A DNA stretch of 64,000 nt from Burkholderiales bacterium (GTDB lineage: Bacteria; Pseudomonadota; Gammaproteobacteria; Burkholderiales; SG8-39), in NCBI GenBank assembly GCA_035286595.1, contig DATEDA010000118.1, positions 1,279-65,278 on the forward strand, written 5' to 3'. Below the pieces are notes generated by a model, which saw only the letters and a list, made by a program, of their open reading frames with translations, was not told the DNA's origin and did no database searches. Both the position numbers and the translations under genes were made by a program. The stretch's first letter is position 1, and each line of letters opens with the position of its first letter. This document shows, piece by piece, positions 46,052 through 54,544 of this stretch.

Positions 46052-46662
46052 GCCTTTACGCCCTGCTCCAGATGGTGCAGCAGCCGGCCCTCGATCGCTT
46101 TCCGCTCCGCGAGGAGCCCGTCGAGCGTCGTATCGAACGTGTTGTGGCCCGTCCGGACGCGAAATCCCGCCTGAACCGACGGGTCGGCGACGAATGCCAC
46201 GGCCGTCTCCGCGCGCTCGGCGAGCCAGGCCGCGAGCTCGCGGCGCTGCACCTCCGGCCAGTCCGGCGCGTGGCGCACCTCCCACTCCCCGCGGGGCAAC
46301 ACGGCGAGGGCGCGCGCGAGATGGGTCTCGGCCCAGCCGCGCCGTGCGCCGGGGTCAGCCCAGCGTGCGGCGAGGGCGCCCCGCAGCCGTTGCCATCCGG
46401 CTGCGACCATCGCGGCCTGTCGGCTCTGATGCGCGAGCCGCTTGCGGGTGTGGAGCTGCGCCTCCGCCGCCGACACCGCCGCCTGGTAGCGCTTGCGTTC
46501 CGCGCCGATCGCCTCATGCACGCGGCTGCGCGCGAGTTGGGATGCTTCGACCGCGAGCGCACGGGCCTCGGCACGCGCCTTTCCGACCAACTCGGCGCGT
46601 TTCGATTCGCGGTACTCGTCCACGAGCGCGAGCAGGGCGCGCGCCCGCTCCTCGGTGTTCAT
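46048..46662 (-). CDS. atpE: V/A-type ATPase subunit E (peripheral stalk)
   Basis: N-terminal coiled coil and a C-terminal block GFRVRTGHNTFDTTLDGLL resembling the E-subunit tail. ATGA overlap with F. Confidence 0.65.
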   Translation of the reverse strand: MNTEERARALLALVDEYRESKRAELVGKARAEARALAVEASQLARSRVHEAIGAERKRYQAAVSAAEAQLHTRKRLAHQSRQAAMVAAGWQRLRGALAARWADPGARRGWAETHLARALAVLPRGEWEVRHAPDWPEVQRRELAAWLAERAETAVAFVADPSVQAGFRVRTGHNTFDTTLDGLLAERKAIEGRLLHHLEQGVKA

Positions 46663-46958
46663 GGTGCGAGCCCCAACTGCCGCCATACGTCGGCGGCCGG
46701 ATCGACTGGCCCGCGCCGGCCGTCGGGCTCGGGCACGATCAGCACGAGCGGCGACTGCGCCGCTATGGCGGCCTCGAGGCGTGCAAGCGGCAGTCTGAGC
46801 GCGGTCTCCATGCTGACGAACACGACGTGCGCCTCGCCGCGCGCGCGCTCGAATGACGCGAGCTCCTCGCCGTCGGCGGGAACGTGCACGGCGACCCCGG
46901 CGAGCCGGTATCCGCTCGCCATCACGGCATCGCCCACGAATGCGATCGGACCGGGCAT
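46659..46958 (-). CDS. atpF: V/A-type ATPase subunit F
   Basis: 99 aa. IAFVGDAVMASGYRLAGV resembles the F-subunit N-terminus. Confidence 0.65.
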   Translation of the reverse strand: MPGPIAFVGDAVMASGYRLAGVAVHVPADGEELASFERARGEAHVVFVSMETALRLPLARLEAAIAAQSPLVLIVPEPDGRRGPVDPAADVWRQLGLAP

Positions 46959-46972
46959 CCGAGTCTGCCCGC

Positions 46973-47329
46973 TCACCCGAGTCGGTTCAGGATGAGGATC
47001 GAAATGATCACGCCGTAGATCGCGATCCCCTCGGCGAGACCGACGAAGATGAGGAGCCGACCGAACAGCTCCGGCTTCTCGGCGAGCGCGCCGACGGCCG
47101 CGGTGCCGAGCCGGCCCACGGCGATGCCCGCGCCGAGCGACGACAGCCCGGTCGCTGCGGCCGCAGCCGCGAGGCCCCACCCGGCCGCCTCGCCCGAGAG
47201 CAGCGGCGCCGCATCGGGCGCCTGCGCGACGGCGGGCACGACCCAGATGAGCAGTGCAGTGGCGATCGCGCTCAACGCCGCAGCCACCGCCGTCAACGCC
47301 AGCGCGAACTTTGTCCTTTGCATCTTCAT
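46973..47329 (-). CDS. atpK: V/A-type ATPase proteolipid (K/c) subunit, single hairpin with an N-terminal extension
   Basis: 118 aa. GALAEKPELFGRLLIFVGLAEGIAIYG contains the carboxylate Glu. N-terminal signal-like segment ...WVVPAVAQA. Confidence 0.8.
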   Translation of the reverse strand: MKMQRTKFALALTAVAAALSAIATALLIWVVPAVAQAPDAAPLLSGEAAGWGLAAAAAATGLSSLGAGIAVGRLGTAAVGALAEKPELFGRLLIFVGLAEGIAIYGVIISILILNRLG

Positions 47330-49134
47330 CTCTCCTCTGCAGGCACCGGCGGCGGAAGGAGCGGGCGGAACTCGCGCCCCTCCGCGCGGAAGAACCGGGC
47401 GAAAAACTCGAACAGGATGAGGCGCGTTGTCTGGATCGACACCACGAGCCCTTCGAGCACGATGACGACGACGTTGCCGATCACGAGCACCGCGAGGGAT
47501 CCCGCCGTGCCACCGGCCGCTTCCGCGAGGGCAACGACGGCCGACGAGAGCCCGGCATGGGCGAGCGCGAATGCGCCGACGCGCGCGAACGACAGCGTGT
47601 TGATCAGGATCTGCATCGTCCGTTCGAGGAGCTCGCCGAGCGCTTCGAGCGCTGCGCGCGGTTCTCCGCCGAGGCGGGTGCGGCCGGCGACGAAGAGCAC
47701 CGCACCCGCGAGCGCCGCGAGGAGCCCGGCCGGGTGCAGGAACGCGCCGAGGATGCCGAAATAGACGAGCACGAAGCCCGAATCGGTCGCGAGCCACTCG
47801 CGGAGCCTGCCTGTCCAATGCGCCTCCAGCGCCGCGAGCGCAAGACCGAGTGCGAGGAGAACTGCGCCCCCCGCGATCGGCACGACGAGCACGGGGAGCG
47901 GCTCCGCGAGCGGATGGAGCCAGACCGGCTGGACGATCCCCTCGACGCTGAAGACGCTGCCGAACACGAAGCCGAACGCTGCGGCCGAAACGCCCGCGGG
48001 AACGAGCAGGCGCGCGAGAGGTACTCGGCGCTGCAGAGCGAGCCCGAGCGCGACGAGCAGCATCCCCTGCCCGACGTCGCCGAACATGTAACCGAAGAGT
48101 AGCGGCACGGCGATCGCGAGCAGCGCGCTCGGATCGGTGCCGTGCTCGCCCGGCATGCCGAACAGCCGGCTGAACGCCTCGAACGGCCGCGCCCACCAGG
48201 GATTGCGCAAGAGGAGCGGGGGCCGCACCCCGCGCGGGGTCTGCGGAAAGCTCGCGAGTGCGCGAGCGTTCGCAACGTCGATTGCGCCGGCGAGACGCGC
48301 GGCGTCGCTCGTCCACCCGGTGATGCGGGATAACATCTCGCCGCTCTCGATCGCGCCGGCGTTCTCGAAGCACCACGTGGCGCGAACGATCTCCCCGAGC
48401 GCGAATGCGAGCGCGTGATGCTCGTGGATCACCTGGAGCGCCGCGCGCGAGCTTTCGGCCTCTTGCGCACGCACGGCGCGCCGGTCGGCGATGAGCGCGA
48501 GGTTCGCCTCCACGCTCGGCTGCAGCCACTCGGGCACGCGCGCGCGCCGACCGTTCACGGCGGCGACCTCCTGCGCGAGCGACTCGACGGCCTCGGGCGT
48601 GCCGACCGCGAGGAGATACGCGTCCTCGCCTACGTCGACGGGGTGCAGCAGGACGCTCGACGGCAGCGGGAGCCTCGCACCCTTCGGGTAGACGAACACC
48701 CCGGCACGGACGCCGGCGCCGGACGTTCCGAGCTTCGAGAAATCGATCGGCGTGTCGCGCAGTCGCTCCATCAGGTGCGCGATCGTGTCGAACTCGGTGA
48801 GCGCCGTCGCGGCGTCCTGGAGGTTCACGATCACGGGGTCGGCCGCCACGGCCCATCGGTGGATCCGCTCGATCGCGCCGGCCAGCGCGTCGGCTGGAGC
48901 GATGCGGGTCGTCCCGCGGAGGCGCGGCGTGGGCCAATACGCGCGGTAGCGCCGCGAAAGCGCACCGTACTCCTTCAGGAGCTGGTTGATGCGGACGCTC
49001 GTGTCGGGTCCGGGCGCGAGCCGACGCCACTCGATTTCCACCGCCCCGGTCATGGCGAGCGCCTCGAGCGCGGTGAATGCATCGTCCCGCGCGACCAGCA
49101 CCTCGAACCAGCGGGCGGGTTCGGGTCGGATCAC
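47326..49134 (-). CDS. atpI: V/A-type ATPase subunit I (a-type stator)
   Basis: 602 aa. Soluble N-terminal half plus roughly 7 TM helices. NTLSFARVGAFALAH carries the conserved Arg. GTGA overlap upstream and ATGA overlap downstream. Confidence 0.8.
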   Translation of the reverse strand: MIRPEPARWFEVLVARDDAFTALEALAMTGAVEIEWRRLAPGPDTSVRINQLLKEYGALSRRYRAYWPTPRLRGTTRIAPADALAGAIERIHRWAVAADPVIVNLQDAATALTEFDTIAHLMERLRDTPIDFSKLGTSGAGVRAGVFVYPKGARLPLPSSVLLHPVDVGEDAYLLAVGTPEAVESLAQEVAAVNGRRARVPEWLQPSVEANLALIADRRAVRAQEAESSRAALQVIHEHHALAFALGEIVRATWCFENAGAIESGEMLSRITGWTSDAARLAGAIDVANARALASFPQTPRGVRPPLLLRNPWWARPFEAFSRLFGMPGEHGTDPSALLAIAVPLLFGYMFGDVGQGMLLVALGLALQRRVPLARLLVPAGVSAAAFGFVFGSVFSVEGIVQPVWLHPLAEPLPVLVVPIAGGAVLLALGLALAALEAHWTGRLREWLATDSGFVLVYFGILGAFLHPAGLLAALAGAVLFVAGRTRLGGEPRAALEALGELLERTMQILINTLSFARVGAFALAHAGLSSAVVALAEAAGGTAGSLAVLVIGNVVVIVLEGLVVSIQTTRLILFEFFARFFRAEGREFRPLLPPPVPAEER

Positions 49135-49931
49135 CGGACGGCACCGAAAGCAGCGCGGCTCACGAGCTGTGCCCGCAGGCGCTCCAGGTCGAGTGCGACG
49201 ATCGCGAGGTACGCGAACGCGACCGGCGGGCGAAGCGCCTGGCGCCGGAAGCGGGTTCCGAGCTGCTCGGCCAGAGCACGCCGCAAGGCCCATGCGTCGT
49301 CGGCGGACCGCTCGAGCAGGCCGACGAGGTGGGTCTCGATGAGACGCGTCATCGCTTCGAGCGCGGCGTCGTCGTCGCCCGTCCGCTGCGGCCAGCGCTG
49401 CCGCCACGCCTCGACCCACATCCGGCGGGCGAGGGCGCCGCCCGTAGGCGGGCGCTTTCCTGCGCCGTCGGCCGACTCGCGTTCGAGCGCACGCACGATC
49501 GCCCCCAGCGGGCCGGCACGCAGCGCTGCGCGCCGGGCCTCCGCGTCCGGGTCGGCATAGGCCTGCAGCGATGGATCGCTGCGCATCCACGGGGACGGCG
49601 CCTCGCCGCGAGCGAGGAGCACGATCGCCGGCAGGTCGACGAGGTGTGCCGTCCAAAGCACCGCCGGCTGCCAGGCTTCGGGCATCCAGCGCGCGACCTC
49701 CGCTACGCGCCCACGAAACGACGCGCGTAGGCTCTGCTCGACTTCGTCGGCGCTCGCGTCCGCTGCGATCGCGGCAACCCAGTGCCGGAGCGTCGAGCCG
49801 CGCGCGATCTCCAGCAGTGCGGCGAGGCTGTGCGCACTCCGGATCCGGTTCCAGAGCGGCTCGTCGGCGCGCTCGCCGTATCTCGCTTGCAGCCGTGCCT
49901 GGGCGTAGTCGATGGGGAGCCCGCCGATCAC
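49131..49931 (-). CDS. Putative V/A-type ATPase subunit C (d-like), divergent
   Basis: 266 aa, all-helical and Ala/Arg-rich. Assigned by operon position and translational coupling only. Confidence 0.45.
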   Translation of the reverse strand: MIGGLPIDYAQARLQARYGERADEPLWNRIRSAHSLAALLEIARGSTLRHWVAAIAADASADEVEQSLRASFRGRVAEVARWMPEAWQPAVLWTAHLVDLPAIVLLARGEAPSPWMRSDPSLQAYADPDAEARRAALRAGPLGAIVRALERESADGAGKRPPTGGALARRMWVEAWRQRWPQRTGDDDAALEAMTRLIETHLVGLLERSADDAWALRRALAEQLGTRFRRQALRPPVAFAYLAIVALDLERLRAQLVSRAAFGAVR

Positions 49932-50278
49932 GGGCGCGCTCCGATCAGCTCGTCGGCGAGGCGCCCGACCGCCGCGTCGAGCCGGGCGCGCGCCGCCTCA
50001 TCCTGAGCCGCCTGCGGATCCGGCGCCACGAACTCCCTCTCGATCGCGGCCAGTCGACCGGAAAGCTTGTCGGCCATGCCCGTGCGGATCGCCGCGATCC
50101 GTGTCGCGGCACGCTCGGCAGTGCGCTTCGCGCGGCTCCGGGCCGCGGCGCGGATCGCCTCGGCCTCGCGTTCGCAGGCGGCGACGGCCGCACGCGCCTC
50201 TTGCTCTGCCGCGAGGACGCGCGCGATCGCAGCCTCGACCTCCTGCGTGGCTGGCGACTCTTGGCTCGATGACACCAT
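49928..50278 (-). CDS. Putative V/A-type ATPase G/H-like stalk subunit
   Basis: 116 aa, continuous Ala/Glu/Arg heptad-like helix. It is the first gene of the operon, with a GTGA overlap to the next ORF. Alternative GTG start at 50305. Confidence 0.4.
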   Translation of the reverse strand: MVSSSQESPATQEVEAAIARVLAAEQEARAAVAACEREAEAIRAAARSRAKRTAERAATRIAAIRTGMADKLSGRLAAIEREFVAPDPQAAQDEAARARLDAAVGRLADELIGARP

Positions 50279-50394
50279 ACCGGCCGGCACTCCGCCCCCT
50301 CCCACGTTGCCATTACAGCCCGTCGAGGCGCCGCCGACTTGATCGGTGTCAAAGGGCCGGAGTTCGTCCCCGTCGGTCCGGCGTTGGAACGGTG

Positions 50395-51939
50395 CTAGGA
50401 ATTCCCCGGCTGCGCCCGAAGCCGCTCCCGTAGCTCGGTCTTGAGCACCTTACCGTAGTTGTTCTTGGGCAGGTGCTCGACGAAGCGGTAGGAACGAGGC
50501 CGTTTGAAGCGAGCGATCTGCTCGAGGCAGAGCCGATCGAGCGCCTCCTCGGTCACCTCGGCACCGGCGCGCCGGACCACGAACGCGACGACCTCCTCGC
50601 CCCAATCCGGATGCGGCCGGCCGACCACCGACACCTCGTGCACATCAGGGTGCCGCAGGAGCGCCTCCTCGACCTCCCGCGGGTAGATGTTCGAGCCGCC
50701 GCTGATGATGAGATCCTTCGAGCGGTCCAGCAGCGTGAGGAAGCCGTCCTCGTCGAGCGCGCCGACGTCGCCGGTGTGCAACCATCCATTGCGCAGGGTC
50801 GCCGCCGTCGCCTCCGGATCCCGCCAATACCCCTTCATCACGGCGTCGCCGCGCACGAGGACTTCGCCGGGCTCATCGGCCGGAAGGGGCCGATCGGCGC
50901 GGTCGGCGATGCGGAGCTCGACCACCGATTGCGCGACGCCGACCGACGCGAGCCGCGCGAGATGACGCGGATGCGACGCATCGGCGAAGTGGTGCTTCCC
51001 GAGCGCGGTGATCGTCATGGGGCTTTCGCCCTGGCCGTAGATCTGGGCGAAACGCTGTCCCAGGACCGCGAGCGCGTCCTGGATGTCGGCGAGATACATC
51101 GGCCCGCCGCCGTAGACGATCGTCTTGATGCCGTCGATCGGGGGTTTCGCTCGGCGCGCGTGATCGACGAGCCGCTTCACCATTGTCGGCGCGGCGAACA
51201 TCGCGACGCCGCGGTGCGCGCGCGCGAGGTCAAAGGTCTCGGCGGCGTCGAACCCGCCGCTCTCCGGAATGACCTGCTTCGCCGCACGCGCAACGTGCGG
51301 GAGGCCATAGAGACCCGAGCCATGCGACAGCGGCGCCGCGTGCACGATGCAGTCGCCGGGGCCGATCTCGTCCACGTCCGCAAAGTAGCAGAGCGTCATG
51401 GCGAGCAGGTTGCGGTGGGTGATCATTACGCCCTTCGGGCGTCCTGTGGTGCCGCTGGTGTAGAAGAGCCATGCGAGGTCATCAAGCGCCGCGGGCGGGA
51501 TATCCGGCGACCCGTCGGCCGTTATCAAGCGTCGATACTCGTCGCTGCCAGTGACGAGCACGCGCTCGAGCGCGGCGACGCTCGCGGGGAGCCGGACGAT
51601 CGCCTCGGCGAGGTCCGGCGTGACGAAGCAGACCCGGGCGCCCGAGTGGTCGAGGATGTACTCGGCCTCCTTCGGATGGAGCTTGGCGTTGACCGGGACG
51701 GCCGCGAGGCCCGCCCACCACGCCGCCCACACGAGCTCGACGTACTCGGGCGAGTTCTTCATCACCAGCCCGACGCGGTCGCCGGGCTCGAGCCCGAGCG
51801 TCGCGCGCAAGCTCGCGGCGAGCGCGCCGCAACGGCGGGCGAGCGCCGCATAGTCTGCCAGAGTGCGCTCGCCCAGGGCGACCGCGGGTCGTGCGGGAAA
51901 GACGCGCGCCGAGCGCGCGAGGAGGTGCGCGAGGTTCAC
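50395..51939 (-). CDS. AMP-dependent acyl-CoA synthetase/ligase
   Basis: FYTSGTTGRPKG, GYWRDPEAT, GDVG...DRSKDLIISGGSNIYP. 514 aa. Confidence 0.85.
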   Translation of the reverse strand: MNLAHLLARSARVFPARPAVALGERTLADYAALARRCGALAASLRATLGLEPGDRVGLVMKNSPEYVELVWAAWWAGLAAVPVNAKLHPKEAEYILDHSGARVCFVTPDLAEAIVRLPASVAALERVLVTGSDEYRRLITADGSPDIPPAALDDLAWLFYTSGTTGRPKGVMITHRNLLAMTLCYFADVDEIGPGDCIVHAAPLSHGSGLYGLPHVARAAKQVIPESGGFDAAETFDLARAHRGVAMFAAPTMVKRLVDHARRAKPPIDGIKTIVYGGGPMYLADIQDALAVLGQRFAQIYGQGESPMTITALGKHHFADASHPRHLARLASVGVAQSVVELRIADRADRPLPADEPGEVLVRGDAVMKGYWRDPEATAATLRNGWLHTGDVGALDEDGFLTLLDRSKDLIISGGSNIYPREVEEALLRHPDVHEVSVVGRPHPDWGEEVVAFVVRRAGAEVTEEALDRLCLEQIARFKRPRSYRFVEHLPKNNYGKVLKTELRERLRAQPGNS

Positions 51940-52011
51940 GCGCGAACGCTACCACGGGCGCGCGCACCGACCAAACCCGCGCCGCGGCGCGGGCGCCACT
52001 GGTCGAGGACG

Positions 52012-52794
52012 CTACTGCGCCGTCCAGCCGCCGTCGATGCTGAGCGCCGCGCCCCGGATCTGCGCGGCTGACTCCGAGCACAGGAACACGGCAAGCGCGC
52101 CGATCTCGCCCGGCGTCGCGAACTCACGCGAAGGCTGCTTCTCGGAGAGCAGGTCCATTTTCGCCCGCTCGGCAGAGATCTTCTCGCGCGCGGCACGCTC
52201 GTCGATCTGCTTCTGGACGAGCGGCGTGAGCACCCAGCCCGGGCAGATTGCGTTGCAGGTGATGCCGGTGGTCGCGGTCTCGAGCGCCACCACCTTCGTG
52301 AGCCCGACGACGCCGTGCTTTGCCGTCACGTACGCCGCCTTCTGCGGCGAGGCGACGAGGCCGTGCGCGGACGCGATGTTGATGATCCGGCCCCAGTTGC
52401 GGCGCTTCATCTGCGGCAGCACGGCCTGGATGGCGTGGAAGTTGGAGGACAGGTTGATGGCGATGATCGCGTCCCATCGCTCCGCCGGAAAGCTCTCGAT
52501 CGGAGCGGTGTGCTGGATCCCGGCGTTGTTCACCAGGATGTCGACGCCCCCGAGCTCCTTCGTCGCGTAACCCACCATGTCGTGGATCTGTTCGGGCCGC
52601 GAGATGTCGGCGCCGCTGAACGCGACCTTCACGCCGAGCTCCTTCGCGAGCCCCTGCCGGAGCCGCTCGATCTCGGCCGGTTCGCCGAAGCCGTTGAGCA
52701 TCACGTTGGCGCCGTCGGCCGCGAGCGCGCGCGCGATGCCGAGCCCGATGCCGCTCGTCGAGCCGGTGACGATTGCAGACCTGCCTTTGAGCAT
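52012..52794 (-). CDS. bdhA: 3-hydroxybutyrate dehydrogenase (SDR)
   Basis: 260 aa from MLKGRSAIVTGSTSGIGLGIA. NNAG, YVTAKH (YxxxK), and C-terminus LSIDGGWTAQ. Confidence 0.88.
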   Translation of the reverse strand: MLKGRSAIVTGSTSGIGLGIARALAADGANVMLNGFGEPAEIERLRQGLAKELGVKVAFSGADISRPEQIHDMVGYATKELGGVDILVNNAGIQHTAPIESFPAERWDAIIAINLSSNFHAIQAVLPQMKRRNWGRIINIASAHGLVASPQKAAYVTAKHGVVGLTKVVALETATTGITCNAICPGWVLTPLVQKQIDERAAREKISAERAKMDLLSEKQPSREFATPGEIGALAVFLCSESAAQIRGAALSIDGGWTAQ

Positions 52795-53008
52795 CAATGC
52801 CTCCCCGATGGGCATACTCGTCGCGGCCAGCGATTGTACGGGGAGCGAGCCCGAGCCTTCGGGGAGCGGTGCGGCTCGGGTCGCCCCAGCGCGCGCTGGA
52901 CTGCCCCGGGGGCGGCCGGAGGAGGAGGATAGGCCGCCCACCGGCGGCAGCCCAGCGCGTAGGGACTCGGGGAGCCGAGCGGAGCCGGGTTTGCCCGGCG
53001 GCGTCGGG

Positions 53009-53374
53009 TTAGACGTGCAGCAAGTGCCCTTGCCGTTCGAGCTTGCGGAGCCGGTGCTCGAGCTCGGCGAGGTTCTGGGACCGGGCGAGGTACTCCTCCT
53101 CGCGACGGCGACGCGCCCGCTCGAAGTAGGTACCCAGCCACGTCCACGCGCGGCCCGCCAGGTCGGCGATCGCGGCCGCCCGAAGTGCGCGGGCGCGGGC
53201 CTCGATCTCGGCGATGTCGAGCGCGGAGCCGCTCGTCGCGACCGGCCTGCTGCTGCGTTGCAGTATTTTCGGCGTAGAATGAGCTTGCTGTTGGCCGGCG
53301 ACGGGGTCCGGACTCGTGGTCGGGCCGTACCGGATGATGCTATCGCCCTCGTAGAGCGGAAGTTGAATCTTCAT
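53009..53374 (-). CDS. Hypothetical protein (121 aa)
   Basis: The ATG at 53374 lies 8 nt after AGGAG. The C-terminal EEYLARSQNLAELEHRLRKLER resembles, from memory, the DUF3563 motif, and the central DIAEIEARARALRAAA is a helical repeat. No firm family call. Confidence 0.5.
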   Translation of the reverse strand: MKIQLPLYEGDSIIRYGPTTSPDPVAGQQQAHSTPKILQRSSRPVATSGSALDIAEIEARARALRAAAIADLAGRAWTWLGTYFERARRRREEEYLARSQNLAELEHRLRKLERQGHLLHV

Positions 53375-53572
53375 TGAGAACTCCTGTCTATAGCGCTGAT
53401 ACAAAAAAACTATTGCAGCGCACACCTACACAATATATGGGCGGTTTGGGCAATGCCAATCGCATGTTTGGATCCCTGCGATCGGCCCGATCTATACTGT
53501 GTCTAAGGGCACATTGCGTTGCACCAAATCGGCCCTCGAAAGGCCCCCGTTAGGACATACTTCCGGTCAGCC

Positions 53573-54511
53573 ATGGAGCTCTATCAACTTCGCAGCTTCG
53601 CCGTCGTGGCGGAGGTGAGACATCTGACGCGGGCGGCGGAGAAGCTGCACATCAGCCAACCCGCCCTGAGCGCGCAGATCAAGGCGCTCGAGGATGAGCT
53701 CGAGGTTCCGCTGTTCGAGCGCACGTCGAGCGGCATGGTGCTGACGGCCGCCGGCCAGCGCCTGCTCGCGGAGGCGGAGAAGGTCCTGTTCGCCGCGCAG
53801 GCCCTCCGGACCGAAGCCCGGGCGCTCAAGGGCGAGGTCGACGGCCATGCCGCGGTGGGGACGCTCTCGGACCCGGCGTTCATCCGGCTCGGCGAGTTCC
53901 TCAGCGTGACCGTGGACCGGCATCCGCTGCTGCAGCTCGAGCTTCACCACGAGATCTCGGGTGCCGCGTTCGAGAAGGTTCGGGACGGCCAGCTCGACGC
54001 CGCCTTCTACTACGGGGCGCTCGCGCATCCGGCGGTCGCCGGGCTCGAATTGCGGCCCGTGACCTACCTCGTGGCCGCACCAGCGGCGTGGCGGGACCGG
54101 GTGGCGGATGCGACTTCGGCCGAGATCGCCGCGCTCCCGTGGATCCTCACGCCCTCCATCAGCTCCCACAACCGGCTGGTCGGCGATCTCTTCCACGAGC
54201 ACGGGGTCGAGCCGACAAAGGTGGTCGAGGCGGATCAGGAGTCCGTGATCAGCTCGCTCGTCGTCTCCGGCGTCGGCCTGTCGCTCATGCGCGAGGACGT
54301 GGCGCTGGCAAAGGAGGCCGCCGGGGAAGTCTGCCTGTGGGAAAAGGGAAGGGCGACGACCACGCTGTGGTTCATCTACCCGCAGGAGCGCGCCGACGAC
54401 CTAGTGATCCGGGCGCTGCTCGACGTGATTCGCGAGACCTGGGACCTTCGCGAGGGGCGCGTTCCGCCCCGCGTGAAAGCGCGAGGCAGGAAGCTTGAAG
54501 CCAGCGGCTAG
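53573..54511 (+). CDS. LysR-family transcriptional regulator
   Basis: MELYQLRSFAVVAEVRHLTRAAEKLHISQPALSAQIKALEDEL HTH plus a LysR substrate-binding domain. Confidence 0.85.
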   Translation: MELYQLRSFAVVAEVRHLTRAAEKLHISQPALSAQIKALEDELEVPLFERTSSGMVLTAAGQRLLAEAEKVLFAAQALRTEARALKGEVDGHAAVGTLSDPAFIRLGEFLSVTVDRHPLLQLELHHEISGAAFEKVRDGQLDAAFYYGALAHPAVAGLELRPVTYLVAAPAAWRDRVADATSAEIAALPWILTPSISSHNRLVGDLFHEHGVEPTKVVEADQESVISSLVVSGVGLSLMREDVALAKEAAGEVCLWEKGRATTTLWFIYPQERADDLVIRALLDVIRETWDLREGRVPPRVKARGRKLEASG

Positions 54512-54544
54512 CGGCGGGCCGCGGGCCCGCTGACGCGGGCCGCG

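Noticed and set aside
43760-46174. 804-aa forward ORF opposite V-ATPase A/B; the same applies to 56317-58266 opposite clpB
   Set aside because: It lies antisense to genes with P-loops and long conserved blocks, and it has no motifs of its own.
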